The notes beneath the pieces were generated by a model. It was not told the origin of the DNA. It saw only the letters and a list, made by a program, of their open reading frames with translations, and made no database searches. From assembly GCF_036365525.1 (NCBI RefSeq), contig NC_090404.1, positions 8,308,001-8,372,000 on the forward strand: a stretch of DNA of 64,000 nt, written 5' to 3'. Both the position numbers and the translations under genes were made by a program. This document shows, one piece after another, positions 51,585 through 63,910 of the stretch (position 1 is the stretch's first letter; each line of letters begins with the position of its first letter). Source of the DNA: Heterodontus francisci. Taxonomy: Eukaryota.

Positions 51585-52229
51585 CTCACATCAATAAACA
51601 GAAACAGTAATCCAGCCTCCACAGTGAGAGTCACAGAGATCTTCCGAAAATGTCATAAAACACACAACCCTCAACATGAACAGGTGAGGACCACTTGCGA
51701 AGTTATAATAGTTGATTTCACCTATACCAACAATGAACTTCATAAATTCTTTTGTGGCGTGTTCACTCACATTTGATCTTTTGATGTTCTTTCCTACCTG
51801 GTCGGAATTATTGCGCAGCCCTTTCCCCATCTCCGTTTTCAGTTTCTCGGTCCCTTTGATCACAGCCGGTCCACTGAGACCATTTCACCAGAGTACATTG
51901 TTAGTTCACAGTTTTTACAAAATGAACAAATTTCACAAGGTCGTGATTGCACTCTTTAGAACAAGGAACGAGCACAGAGTTCCCCCAATTTTCATTTTCC
52001 TTTTGAGTCTTTTTTTTTAATGATTTAATATTTTCTGTCACCATTCCGCTTTACAATAACCAGGCCATTGTTTCAATCCCACCCGCTCTCTAAATTTGTA
52101 ACCATTCCCCCTGTCTGTAGCCCAGTCGGGGTGGTTCCATTCACTAGCAGCCAGCTCGCCACATGGCAGTGTCCCAGCACGACTGCAGACACAAGGAAGT
52201 GAGGTGAGAGCATTCCTTGTTTGTTACAG

Positions 52230-52500
52230 GAATGAGAGGCGCCTACTCAATGTCCCAGGATCCGTCTCATTTCACGGTTCCAGAAGATGAGACCTTAATA
52301 TTCAGCTATAGTTACTGCACATCCGAAAGATTACTCCACCTTTATTTGTGTACCACTATTCTGGTTAAGCTCCAAGATATTTACTGAGTGAATATAACTC
52401 CTGTCGGGGAAATAAGTCTCAAAACCTCCCGCAGCAGTTCTCTGTTGAGTCAGACAAGGACAAAGGCGCAATACAACTGTTTATATAGAAACCTGTCAGT
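52230..52500 (+). pseudogene. Truncated TCR V pseudogene (51.1-kb family)
   Basis: gttacag acceptor; TCCCAGGATCC, AGTTACT and CTCCAAGATATTTACTGA homology; no RSS. Confidence 0.65.
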
Positions 52501-52587
52501 CTTTGTTATCCGTGAATTTGGGACCAATCTAATACCTCAGATAACGGCACCAAATAACACTTAATGGAACTTTAAATAGTCGTTGAG

Positions 52588-53111
52588 GTTTTTTGTCCGG
52601 ATCTTGGCTTTTATCTCACTGCACTGTAATAGGCCGCCCCGTCCTCTACACCCAGGCCGCTTATATTGAGGTAAACGTACTTTTTAGACTTCTCAGCAGC
52701 CGCGAAACATTGTCCAGAGACTTTGGCTTCCTTCAATACGACTACTTTGTTCATAATCCAGCTTGGAGGCTGTGCCGATTTCTCCCAATACATTGCATTC
52801 TCTCAATAACCTGGGCCTATATTCACAATCTAACGACACCTAACCACTTTCTGACACAGTTATTGTCACCGGAGACTGAATTACTAGGTCTGCACATAGT
52901 CCGACTGTGAAAGTAGAGGGATAAATATCAGGAGGTGAAACAGGATCGGTCCAAACTTTTGTCTACCTTTGTTAGTGTGTGTGACCTCCCATCTACCCCC
53001 AAAAATACATTAAATCCGAGTACAAACTCTTTGCATAAAGCTGCTAACCTGCCTTGATTAACGTAATCCAATACTCACTACCCAACACAGCCGCCACATT
53101 GTTAGAAACAT
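52588..53111 (-). pseudogene. TCR V pseudogene
   Basis: Leader remnant; V exon from 52904 (DLVIQSPVTITVSESG*VSLDCEY...LNISGLGVEDGAAYYSAVR); nonamer present, heptamer damaged. Confidence 0.75.
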
Positions 53112-53310
53112 GTCTGACTGAATCCCTCGCAGTGATTGAAGTGGAATGAGCCAGAGATTGAGAAGGGGGGAGAGGTAAACTCTCGCCTGTTCAACTCATT
53201 GTTCCACCCACACTGCAAGGGACGGCCCAATTGTGACCTCACTCAGGCTACGATCCCTATTGGCTTTGGCGTTGTTATCACGTGACTTCGTAATCACCAA
53301 GTTTGAATTT

Positions 53311-53325
53311 GGCGCCCTCTGCTGG
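53311..53325 (-). promoter_or_regulatory. CTCF motif upstream of the minus-strand V leader
   Basis: Minus strand CCAGCAGAGGGCGCC. Confidence 0.6.
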
Positions 53326-54359
53326 CTAATTCTATTTAACTCGGTCTAGAGTGGGGCCATTGAATGAATTTATTGTTTATTAACTTACATATCAAAACGC
53401 GAATGCCAGACAATGCCTACCAGGGATCTAAATCGGAGATTATTATACCCAGTCTTTATTGTTTCTGATGTTTATGGTAGAAATTGATGTTAAACCTTTC
53501 GAAATCACTGTTCAATTATAGTTCTGAGTCCAATTCCGGACACCACCATTGAGAAACTATTTCAAGACATTGCAGAAAGTGAGGAGGAGATACACCAGAA
53601 TAGTATCAAGGATCAAGGAATTTTATGTGTTCACATTAGAGAAACTGAGTTGTTCTCCTCGTTTCACAAATGTTAAAGGACAGACCTAATTGAGTTGCTC
53701 AAAATCAATGGTTTTGATAGAGTAGATCATATGTAACTGCTTCCACTAGCAAACAATTCGATAACCAAAGCACCCGGATTTAAGAGAATTGATGAAAGAA
53801 GTCAAGGATAGATGAGATTTAGTTATCAAACTCTTGATTTGTTAAAATCTAGAATGCACTGCCGAAAAGGGCGATGGAAGAAGATTCAAGAGGAACTTTC
53901 AAAAGGGATCTATACACAACTTGAAAAACAAAAAATGCAGGGCTTTGTGGAAAACGTGAGGAGTGAAAGATGAATTGGAGAACGCTTTCAAAGAGACACA
54001 TAAGGTTCTATTATTCTAGGCCCTTCATGTTCCTCCCACTCGATTTGTTGACAGTCAATTGAACAGTGAGCAGGTGCAGAATAGCCACAGACTATTCAAC
54101 CGTCGCTATTTCCGCTCCGAGTGCAGCTAAGTGTCGCCGCACACTTCGCTCAATTGTTTACTCTGTGGTAGTCCCGCCCACGGCTTCCTTTTGCCGCTTT
54201 ACCTCTGACCAGCAATCCCCCTGCTGTGTTAATAGAGAGATTGCTGCCGCTGTCCCATGTTTTGCATTGGTTGGCTCAGTGGCACAGTGGAACGGGGATC
54301 TTTATTTCAGCTCCCACCGAAGATCCGCGGACAACAGAGTTAGAGACTCAAGAAGTATC

Positions 54360-54898
54360 ATGTGGAACCATCTCTCACAGCTCCTCATCATTCTGTCACT
54401 TCTCAGTAAGTATTTCCTATCCTGCAAAAACCCATTCTCATCCACTAATTTCTGTAATCCAGGTGTTAGTAATTGAAGAATTATAGTGATGGTAGTGATG
54501 ATGGTTAAGTTGTTCGACGTAATGATGGTGATTCTGACATATTATTTCATATTAGACTGGAGCCACCAAGATACAGTGGAACAGCCGGTTCCAGAAATGA
54601 CGGTTGAAGAAGAAAGTAATGCCACGTTAACCTGCACGTTGAAAACAAGCGACTCTAATCCTAATGTATTCTGGTACAGTCAGCTCCCCAGACAAGCTCC
54701 ACAGTACGTGTTTTATCTCTATGGAAATATAGTAAAGCGGAACCCGGACTACACAAACCGATTCTCTTCTAAATTTGCTAAAAATAGCAAGGTTACCGAG
54801 CTGACGATCAGTAACGCCCTGATCTCCGACACCGCCGTGTATTTCTGTGCCATGAGCCCCACACTGCTGCAGAGAGAAGCGGATCCCGTACAAAAACC
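54360..54898 (+). CDS. TRAV: Intact TCR alpha/delta V gene (leader 54360-54405, V exon 54556-54859, 23-RSS)
   Basis: Leader MWNHLSQLLIILSLL with GTAAGT donor; TLTC...VFWYSQLPRQAPQY...DTAVYFCAMS; RSS CACACTG-23-ACAAAAACC. Confidence 0.9.
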
Positions 54899-54923
54899 CC
54901 ACACTGAGAGTTCCAGGTCGTGT

Positions 54924-54938
54924 TCGGCAGAGGGCGCT
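54924..54938 (+). promoter_or_regulatory. RSS-associated CTCF motif
   Basis: TCGGCAGAGGGCGCT, 25 bp after the nonamer. Confidence 0.55.
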
Positions 54939-55344
54939 CTCACAGAGTAATAATTCAGTTACAGTAAGAGAGACCTTGTTACAACCACAACAAGCACAAA
55001 CCTCATCAGGAACAGTTGAATCCCACTTGCGCAGTTATATCAGTTTGTGGTCGCATTTAATTAAAAATAACTTCACAAATAGATCTGTCATTCTTTGATT
55101 CCACTTTTGTTGTTATACGTGCGTTCCCTGCCCACCTTTTCCTATTACACCCTGTCTCCACTTTTTACACATAATTATATACATTCCCCTCTTCCAGTCT
55201 TCAGTTTAAAGATGCTACTTTGCTGTAACTTAATTCAGAACCACTCCAACCCAGCTACCCATAGATTCAGCAATAAAAAGGTCAAACAGCATCTGTGGAG
55301 AGAGAAGCAGAGTTAACGTTTCAGGTCTGTGACCTTTCATCATT

Positions 55345-55522
55345 ACCTTGAAAACAAACATGCTGTGTTGTCGTACAGTCAGCACTCGGTCGCACTCCAC
55401 AGTATGTGGAGGGGTAATAAACCAGAACTGACTCATTCATTTCTCTGTTTAATAAAATTAACAAAATTACCGAGCTAACGATCAGCACTGGCCTAATCGG
55501 CCACGCACTGCTGCAGAGATAT
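55345..55522 (+). pseudogene. V remnant (54.4-kb family) with the 5' half of its RSS
   Basis: TTGAAAACAA, TACAGTCAG, CTCCACAGTA and TTACCGAGCT-ACGATCAG homology; ends in CGCACTG-CTGCAGAGATAT. Confidence 0.65.
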
Positions 55523-55523
55523 T

Positions 55524-57110
55524 GAATCATAGAAAGTCTAAGGCACAGAAAGAAGCCACTTGGCCCATCGTGTCTGTGCTGGCTGAAAAATGATCCACCT
55601 ATTCTAATCCCACCTTCTTGCATTTGGTCCGTCGTCCTGCAGATTACGACACTTTAGGTGCATACCCAGACTCCATTTGAATGAGTTGAGGGTTTGTGCC
55701 TCAACTACCCTTTCAGACAATGGGTTCCAGACCATCACCACCCTCTGGGTGAAAAGGTCTTCCCTCAACTCTCCTCTAATTTTTCTACCAATCACTGTAA
55801 ATCTATACCTTCTCGTCACTGACCTCTCTGCTAAGGTGAATAGACCCTTCACCTCCACTTTATCCAGGCCGCTCAAAATTTTATACATTTTAATCAGATC
55901 TACCTCAGCCTTCTCTGCTCCAAGGAGAACAACCCCAGCCTATCCAATCTTTCCTCATAGCTCCATTTTTCCAGTCCCAGCAACATCCTCGTCAATCTCC
56001 TCTGTACCCTCTCTAGTGCGATTACATCCGTTCTGTAATGAGGTGACCAGAACTGCACACAGTACTCATGTTGTGGCCTAACCAATGAGTTATACAGTTC
56101 CAGCATAACCTCCCTGCTCTAATATTCTATACCTCGGCTAATTAAAGAAAAGATACCATTTGCCTTCTTAACCACCTTATCGACCTGTCTTGCTACCTTC
56201 AGGGATCTGTGGGCATTCACTCCAAGGTCCCTCACTTCCTCTACACTTCTCAGTATTTTCCCATTAATTGTGTATTCCTTTGCCTTGTTTGACCTCCGCA
56301 ATTGCATCACCTCACACTTCTTCAGGCTGAATTCCATTGGTCACTTTTCTGCCCATCTGCAGCCTACAGCTATCCTCCTCGCTATCTACCACATGGCCAA
56401 TCTTTGTGTTATCTGATCGTGTCCCCTACATTTACGCCCAAATTCTCAATATATACCACAAAAAGCAGGGGACCCAGTATTAAGCCCTGGGGAACGCCAC
56501 TGGAAACAGCCCTCCAGTCGCTAAAACAGCCATCAGCAATTACCCTTTGTTTCCTGCCACTGAACTAATTTTGTATCCACCTTGCTACATTTCCCTGGAT
56601 CTATGGGATTTTAATGTTTTGAACCAGTCTGCCAAAAGTTTTGTCTTGTCTTGTCAAAAGCCTTGCTAAAATCCATGTGGACCACATCAACTGCACTATC
56701 CTCACCTATCTTCCTAGTTATTTCTTCAAAGATTCGATCAAGTTGGTCAAACAAGATCTTCCCTTGCCGCTACCACAGAAAGCAGTTGAGGTCAAAACAT
56801 TGTATGTTTTCTAGCTCTTGGGTCGAAAGGGATCAAAGGGTATGGGGCGAAAGTGGAAACAGGCTACTGAGTTGGATGATCAGCCATGATCATAATGAAT
56901 GGCGAAACAGGCTCGAAGGGCCGAATGGCATACTCCTGCTCCTATTTTCTACGTCAATCCACGCTGACTATCCTTGATTAATCTGTGCCTTTCTAAGTGA
57001 CAGTGTATCCAGTCTCTCTGAATAGATTCCGATAATTTTCCCACGACTGAGGTTAGACTGACTGGCATGTAATTATTCGGTATATCCATCTTTTTCCCTT
57101 TTTAAACAGG
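55524..57110 (-). mobile_element. CR1-clade LINE fragment(s)
   Basis: EYCVQFWSP, CEVMQL and RDLGV motifs. Confidence 0.85.
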
Positions 57111-57129
57111 TTCCACATTAGCAGTTCTC

Positions 57130-57425
57130 GGGGGCAGTGATTTGCACCGCAGCCTCACAGCTCCAGTAACCGGGGTTCAGTTCTGGGTACTGCCTATACG
57201 GAGTTCTCCCTGTGACCGCGTGGGTTTCCGCCGGGTGCTCTGGTTTCCTCCCACAGCCAAAGACTTGCAAGTTGGCAAGTAAATTGGCCATTGTAATTTG
57301 CCCTTAGTGCAGGTAGGAGAATTGAGGGAAGGTACGGAATAATGTAGGATTAGTATAAATGGGTGGTTGATGGTCAGCACAGACTTGGTGGGCCAAGGGG
57401 CCTGTTTCAGTGTTGTATCTCTCTC
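57130..57425 (+). mobile_element. HE1-type SINE
   Basis: Homologous to the other HE1 copies. Confidence 0.8.
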
Positions 57426-57968
57426 TCAATCCTCCGGCATCACACCTGTATCCAGTGAGTACTGGAAAACGATGGTCAGACCTTCTGCTGTTTCCTGTCT
57501 TGCTTCTGTTAACAGCCTCGGGTACATTTAATCTGGCGAACCCGTCGGATCCCGGACAAAAACCCACACAGAGAATTCCAGTTAGTGCTCACCAGAGGGC
57601 ACTCTCACACCGATAAACAGAAGCAATAATTCAGCCTCCACTGTAAGAGTCACAGTTTATTGTACGACAAAATACAACACTCAACAAGTTACCGCTTCCC
57701 CCTATGTATTAACTCCTGACGACAGCGGTTGGGCGACGGAATCGTAATGACACAGACGTGAAAATCATGACAAAACTAGCAATGATCAGACCAGCCGTGT
57801 TTAAAATTCAGATTCAAGATCAGTTGGAAATGAGAGGAAACATAAATGTGGTTTATCCGGCATCATCACTCAACACCATCACTAACCATCACGAATCATT
57901 TTAACCAATAATACCAACAGGGTTATATTAGTCAGGGAGAGAATGGATTTTTCGTGGGAGAGCAACAC

Positions 57969-58155
57969 TGAGAAGTGATATAATGATGAGGAGCGATGCG
58001 AGACGGCCCCACATGATACGAATGAATCTGGAAAATACCCTGTCATAGCAGAAATACAGATTCCCGCCTCACTTCACCCGATCCAACCAATGCCAAACAG
58101 AGAACAGCAGCAGCAATTTCTCCAATAACACGGGCAAGTAACATAGATCAGAGCG
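57969..58155 (-). pseudogene. Inverted copy of the promoter and leader of the 54.4-kb V family
   Basis: Minus strand MWGRLASLLIIISLL from 58014; upstream matches 54200-54300; no V exon recognised. Confidence 0.6.
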
Positions 58156-58658
58156 AAAGCTGAAGAGAGGGCGAAGGAGAAAAAGAAGTCAGTATTCCTC
58201 TGCTACTCACTTTCTCTCGCAATGATCCCTTCCTCTGAAGCTGAATAGTGATGGACATGGACACAGGAGCTGTTTAAATCACGTGTCTGACTACACTGAC
58301 ACCAGAGGGAAAATCAGATTGTTAATGCATCAAAACACAACCCGAAACTTATTACAATTGAACTGCGGAAGTAGAAGTTAGGGAGACGGCTTTAAAGTAT
58401 AGAAGCTCACTTTCCGACTGGTATCGGAAACTCGTCACCTAGGAAAACGGTGGCGCAGTTGTAATGTTACTGCTCTAGTAAGCCAGAGACCTAGACTAAT
58501 GCACTGGCGACACAGTTCAAATCCCAGCAAATTGGCTGGTGGAATTAAGCTCAATTAATTAATAGAAATCTGGAGTTGAAAACTAATCTCAGTAGGCTAG
58601 GAGCGTCAAACTATTTAACACAGTCTGTTATTTTCTGTGGAACTCTAAACAAGACAAC

Positions 58659-59122
58659 ATGTGATCCCCATGTTCCTTACTCTTAATAATGGTCTTGCTG
58701 CTCGGTGAGTCTACGTTTAAACAGTCAGAGTGTGTGCCACTGGTTGTATATGCTAACAGACTTTTGATGCATCCTGTTCTTTATTTCAGGAACGAGTAGC
58801 AAAGGCTCAGTGTCCCAGGATCCGCCTAAATTAACGGTTCAGGAAGGACAGATGATAACACTGAAATGCAGTTACTTCACATTCGAGAGCTTTCCCTATC
58901 ACTACTGGTACATCCAGTATCCTGGGAAAGGTCCGGGATATTTACTGAGGAAATACGTCACGGGGTAGGGGGATAAATCTCCAGATTTCCCAGACAGGTC
59001 CTCTGCTGATTTGGATAACGACAAGAAAACGGTTCCTTTAAAAGTGGCCGGGACTCTGCCGTGTATCACTATGCATTGAGCTCCACACTGTTACAGAGGC
59101 CCAGTGAATCCATACAAAAACC
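58659..59122 (+). pseudogene. TCR V pseudogene (51.1-kb family) with intact 23-RSS
   Basis: ATG TGA in the leader; in-frame TAG; FR3 deletion; RSS CACACTG(59084)-23-ACAAAAACC. Confidence 0.85.
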
Positions 59123-59376
59123 AGGAAAGGACTCTCAGCTCCTCTCACTGAATCAGAGCTGGGATCTCAAACTAATTCTATGCTATACCCTTCTTTACAT
59201 CGCCTATGGGCAGTTCTAATGAGCAGTGAAGAGATTTTTAATTGAAGTCTCCGGCACTGACACTGGGACAACATTAAATATTTCCCTTCACTGCTCCGAG
59301 CTCACAAACTGACCATGTTAAAAGGCCAACATTGGGTTTAATCCCGGTCCATTTCTCTGTTCCCTTCCTCCCACTT

Positions 59377-59384
59377 TGACGTCA
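59377..59384. promoter_or_regulatory. Perfect CRE in the V promoter
   Basis: TGACGTCA about 180 bp upstream of the ATG, with nearby CCAAT/ATTGG. Confidence 0.5.
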
Positions 59385-59558
59385 TGAACCTCAGAACGGA
59401 GCTGCTGTGAACTGATTGGAGGACACCTGCTGACTCTGTCAAAAACGAACCAATCGGATGGCAGACCTGGTATTTCACACCATCTTCCCATCCATTGACT
59501 GAAAACAATTTTAGGGGCAACGAGTCCTCTTCATATCCGCCATCATCTCTCTGCAAAC

Positions 59559-60652
59559 ATGTTGGCTGTTTACTTAATCATCACAGCTGCAGCTGTCTTA
59601 ACTGGTAAGCTCACAAGTTACTCAATTCTTTGTTTCACATCTTTTTCATTTGTTCATGGGATGTGGGCGTCGTTGGCTTATACAACATTTATTGCCCATT
59701 CCTAACTGTCCTCTGTATCATACCTAAGTTAGAATCAGTCAGTTCACTATCAGTAAATTGATACGAAGCAAAGAAAACTATCCGGATGCACCCATTTTCA
59801 ACACTGAAAAGTGATTGGGAAACACGACAACTTCCCCAGTAAATGGAAGTGGAAGAGTTGAGGTGAGATTTCAGGTGATTGGCAGCAGACCCACGCCATC
59901 AGGCTCGATCCAATGATTTACTTTGACGGACACACGAATTATTACGCACAGACCGGGTGGGAGTTTCACATACACATCACAAGAGGTGAAGGTGAGGAAC
60001 TGATCCCGCTTGAAGATATTGAAGGTTCATTAAAGTAAGTTTTATTCATTGGATCCAAGTACCACCCTGTTGCAGCCGTGAGGAAAGTAATAAAAACTGG
60101 AAGTGCTGGAAATACTCAGCAAGTCTGGCAACATCTGTCGAGAGAGAAGCAGAGTTAACGATTCACGTCGCCGATCTTTTAGCAGAACTAGGATCTGTAG
60201 GGAATGTATTTGTGTTTAACTGCCCTGATTTAATTTCAGCTCGGTGTTGGCGGTGATAGACACAGTGAAGTGAATTCGTTTAATTTAATATCGCTCTGGG
60301 CTCTTACAGGATTTTGCAGAGGAGACTCCGTTTCACAGACACCGTCTGCAAATACTGTAAAGGAAGGAGATGATGTTCAGTTGCACTGTAATTATACAAG
60401 TACAAGCAACAGCCTTGACCTATTCTGGTACCGTCAGTATCCCAGTGGATCCATGGAGTATCTGCTGCAGAGAAACAGATACAGCGAGGACCGGGAGAGA
60501 TTTCCAGGGGACCGTTTTTCAGCGAAGTTCAATGCATCGAGCCGAACCGTCCCGCTGGAAGTATCTAAAACGGAACTGACAGACTCGGCGGTGTATTACT
60601 GCGCACTGAGACCCACAGAGATACAGAGCTCGGCTGAACCTGTACAAAAACT
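59559..60652 (+). CDS. TRAV: Intact TCR alpha/delta V gene (leader 59559-59604, V exon 60310-60613, 23-RSS)
   Basis: Leader MLAVYLIITAAAVLT with GTAAG donor; QLHCNY...LFWYRQYP...DSAVYYCALR; RSS CACAGAG-23-ACAAAAACT. Confidence 0.9.
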
Positions 60653-61220
60653 GTCAGAGGGTGGCTCTGCCAGTTAGGGGAAGCTTGTGATTGGGGCGAG
60701 TCTCAGTTGGTGCCCGTGTTTGCGATGCTATATGGCGCTTTCTATTCAATTAAATTTATACTTCCAATCATAAATATGCAATAAAACATGCAATAAAACA
60801 AACACGAGTGAAAGACCTTAGTGAAAGACAGAAATAATGAAACAGTATTTATAAAGGGAAATGCAGGATGGAGACATACTGACAGCCTGGAGTCTGTGCA
60901 CAAGAACCACCGGCACCCGGTACCAGTTGAACTGAAAGGAAATGAAAGTGAGTCATTGTGAATGCGGGTTTCAGCTTGTTGTTATTCATTGTTCAGATCA
61001 ACAAAGGCCTAATCTGCGAGCGGAAGCTGTGAATTTCCAAGCTTCAATTCATCTGATTAATGTTTCTATTCCTGTATGTGTTGTTTTACAAGGCTCGACA
61101 TTCACCAACAGCATCACTGCAACGCATCTCCCTATAAATTGGCGCAGGAAATGATCCCCTAGATAATCTGACTGCCTGCTTTCATCAGGTATCCGAACGA
61201 TGTACAAATTCTCATCATGT

Positions 61221-61235
61221 TCACTAGAGGGCGCC
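61221..61235 (+). promoter_or_regulatory. CTCF motif
   Basis: TCACTAGAGGGCGCC. Confidence 0.5.
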
Positions 61236-62392
61236 ATGATCACATGCTTCTCGCTGTTCCTTCCAGTCTCAGTCCCGTGTTCTTCCTGGTTTGTGGAAAC
61301 CATCAATATTTGAAATTTGTTAGTACGTGTTTCGTGTTTATGAGTTTCAGTAAAATGCTTCCACAGCCGTTTCCCCCCTTGCTCGGTCTGCTATTCATCG
61401 TCAGAATCTCTCCCTACCACACGTATACATTTTTTTTACAGATACGAAAAATCTTAAAGCAACTGCGTGTGCAAAGCTACCGTTTCACAATATATTGTAT
61501 ATTAAAGTGTACAATGAAGGACACATTCAGAGAAACAGAACTGCAACCAGACTGAGGAGTTTCTCCCGTGTCACAAACCATTATTTCCCTCTCCCTGTGA
61601 TTGATGTCAGCACAGTGGAATATAGACTCCTGTTAGTTTCACAGGTATTACTCTCACCTGTTTGTGCAGATATTTGTGGAACGGTCTCATATTCATCTCT
61701 GTTAAATTACAAAAGCAGTCTGATGACGGCGGTAAGATATTGTCTCAAAGTGACAAAATATTGGTTTGAATGTGGATAAAAATGTTCAGTTCATTTCACT
61801 CACTGTCACTGATCGGACTCACGTGTTGGTGGGGTGGGGAGAAGTGTGAGGGCTCGGGTTTGATTAACCTTCTGCTGGGGATACACAAGGGAAAAATTTC
61901 CTTTGGTCTCTGTCTGGATATCTACTTTGAAAGTTGCTTTAGCGCAATCACAAATGCATTCATTTAGCATGTGTCGGTTATTACCCCACAGTGAGGACAC
62001 TTCTGCGTAAACATGAATGTCACAGGGGATTCAAGTTAATGTTCTCGATGAGACATCACACAGCAGCATAAAATAAACAAACACACAGTAACGTGAGCAA
62101 TTCAGCACCTTTGAATATAATCCCACAACTGAGCAATGTTGAAGCTATTCTCACAGCAAAGACTACACTCACTGTGTGACTGGCTCCTCAGTCCGATACT
62201 TTATGCTGTGACCGTCAGTATCTCTGATCAAACTCGCTATCCAATGGGAATTATAGAGACAGACTTTGCAATAACACTGCCCGCGGCAGCGCCGCTCACA
62301 GCCTCCGTTTGCTGCTCTCACTCTGACCCGCCTTGCCTGCCTTGTGTTATTGGAGAGATTGCTGCCGCGGTTCCGGAATTGTACAGGAGGAA

Positions 62393-62580
62393 GGTTTTTG
62401 TGCAGTGACTGCCGCAGGGTGTGGCTCTGTCACGCAGTAATGCACCGCGGTATCCGCGCTCTCCATGTATCCAATGACCAATTGGCTGCGTTTGTCCGCT
62501 GTAGAAAGATCCAGTTCAATGTGCCAGTCGACAATCGCGTTACTACTCCCTTCCGTCTCTGACCGGATTTCGGTTTGTAC
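62393..62580 (-). pseudogene. V pseudogene 3' remnant with shortened RSS
   Basis: DKRSQLVIGYMESADTAVHYC; CACACCC-15-ACAAAAACC. Confidence 0.65.
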
Positions 62581-63679
62581 TGAAGGGGTTAAGTCGAAAC
62601 AAGTTGAGTTTAAGAAAAGCACCTCAGCAGAATTTAACAGACAGGTTGAGAAAAGAAAGAAACATGCTGCTAAGGTAAAGGGCAGGATTAGGGAGAAAAG
62701 GTTGGAGCCGGGGTCTCGAAGCCACTGTTTCCGTGGAATGTTGGTGTAAAGAGATAATAGGTATGGGTTGGAGCCATCTCGTGTGTTTATTGACAAGACT
62801 GAGCGTGTGTGTTCATTGGAATGTGCAATCAATCACCATTGTTTTATGATCAATTATATAAATTATCCGTTGTTTGAACACATTGTATGATAAGAACAGT
62901 GTATAAGTTTGTGCTCCTGAATGTAAAGACAGAGTATTACCTCGGAATACCCGAGGTGGTGTCTCTCCCTGCGTGCACTTGAATAAATCGATTGAACCTG
63001 TACCTGAGTCTCCTCGTGTGGAGATTGAGTTGTCTCACAACAGAAGCAATGCATGGTGTAAATGCTGGGCATGTCATAGCTGCAGGTTATCTTCACTACA
63101 TCCCCAGTCTATCGCCACTGAATCCCCACACTGGACTGTTTTAGCAGCGGGTGACTGGAACACTCAGTCCGATAGACATCGACCTGTAAAAGCATTTAGA
63201 TCATGAAACACAGTAGCAATGTGAATAAAACATAATCACAGCGGGTTATTGAGTTCAGCTCCGGTACCTACATGTTAGCAGCGCCAGAATTACGGGAATT
63301 GTTTCACTGGTACCGAGTAATACATCCTTGTAATTAAACTGTCAATAAGAAAATGGCATTCAGTTCACAGCAGAAGAAAACGAACTGAGTGAACACATTG
63401 ATCAGTCTGAATATAGAAGTCGCGACGTCCAGTTAAAGTCGCAGTCATGTGGGGCTGTTGCTCTTGGATTGGCTGGAGCTGGATATCTTTCACCTGACGT
63501 AAGGAGGTAATTTGTTGATCCGCTGCTCCCTTTGCCAGCGGTTCACATCCGGACCTGTCAGTTGTCCAATGATCAGTTTATTCCTCTCCTCCTTGTGGAG
63601 GGAATTGAGGGGAATCCCATCGTTTTGTGATAATGACTCTGTAAAGGGACAGAGCAGGCGCTGAGTGTTCGAATCCAGT

Positions 63680-63910
63680 AAATTCCTTTCCTTACCGAAT
63701 GAATAGAGCCTGTGGAACTGTACCGCACAAAGGAATCAACACATTCAGGAGATCTGAATAACCCGTTCCTTATAGGATAGATGGAGCCTGTGGAACTGTA
63801 TCTCGCAATGTAAACAACACATTCAGGACAGTCTGAATATCACTTTCCTGACATGATGGATGGGGCCTGTAGAACTTTGCCCAATATAAGAATCAACAGA
63901 TTCAGGACAG
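63680..63910. repeat. Degenerate tandem repeat (~78 bp x3)
   Basis: GCCTGT-GAACT and ATTCAGGA recur three times. Confidence 0.6.

Noticed and set aside
61555-61760. Possible extra minus-strand V remnant (HCAD followed by CACAGGG)
   Set aside because: Too degenerate; no proper nonamer or WYxQ motif
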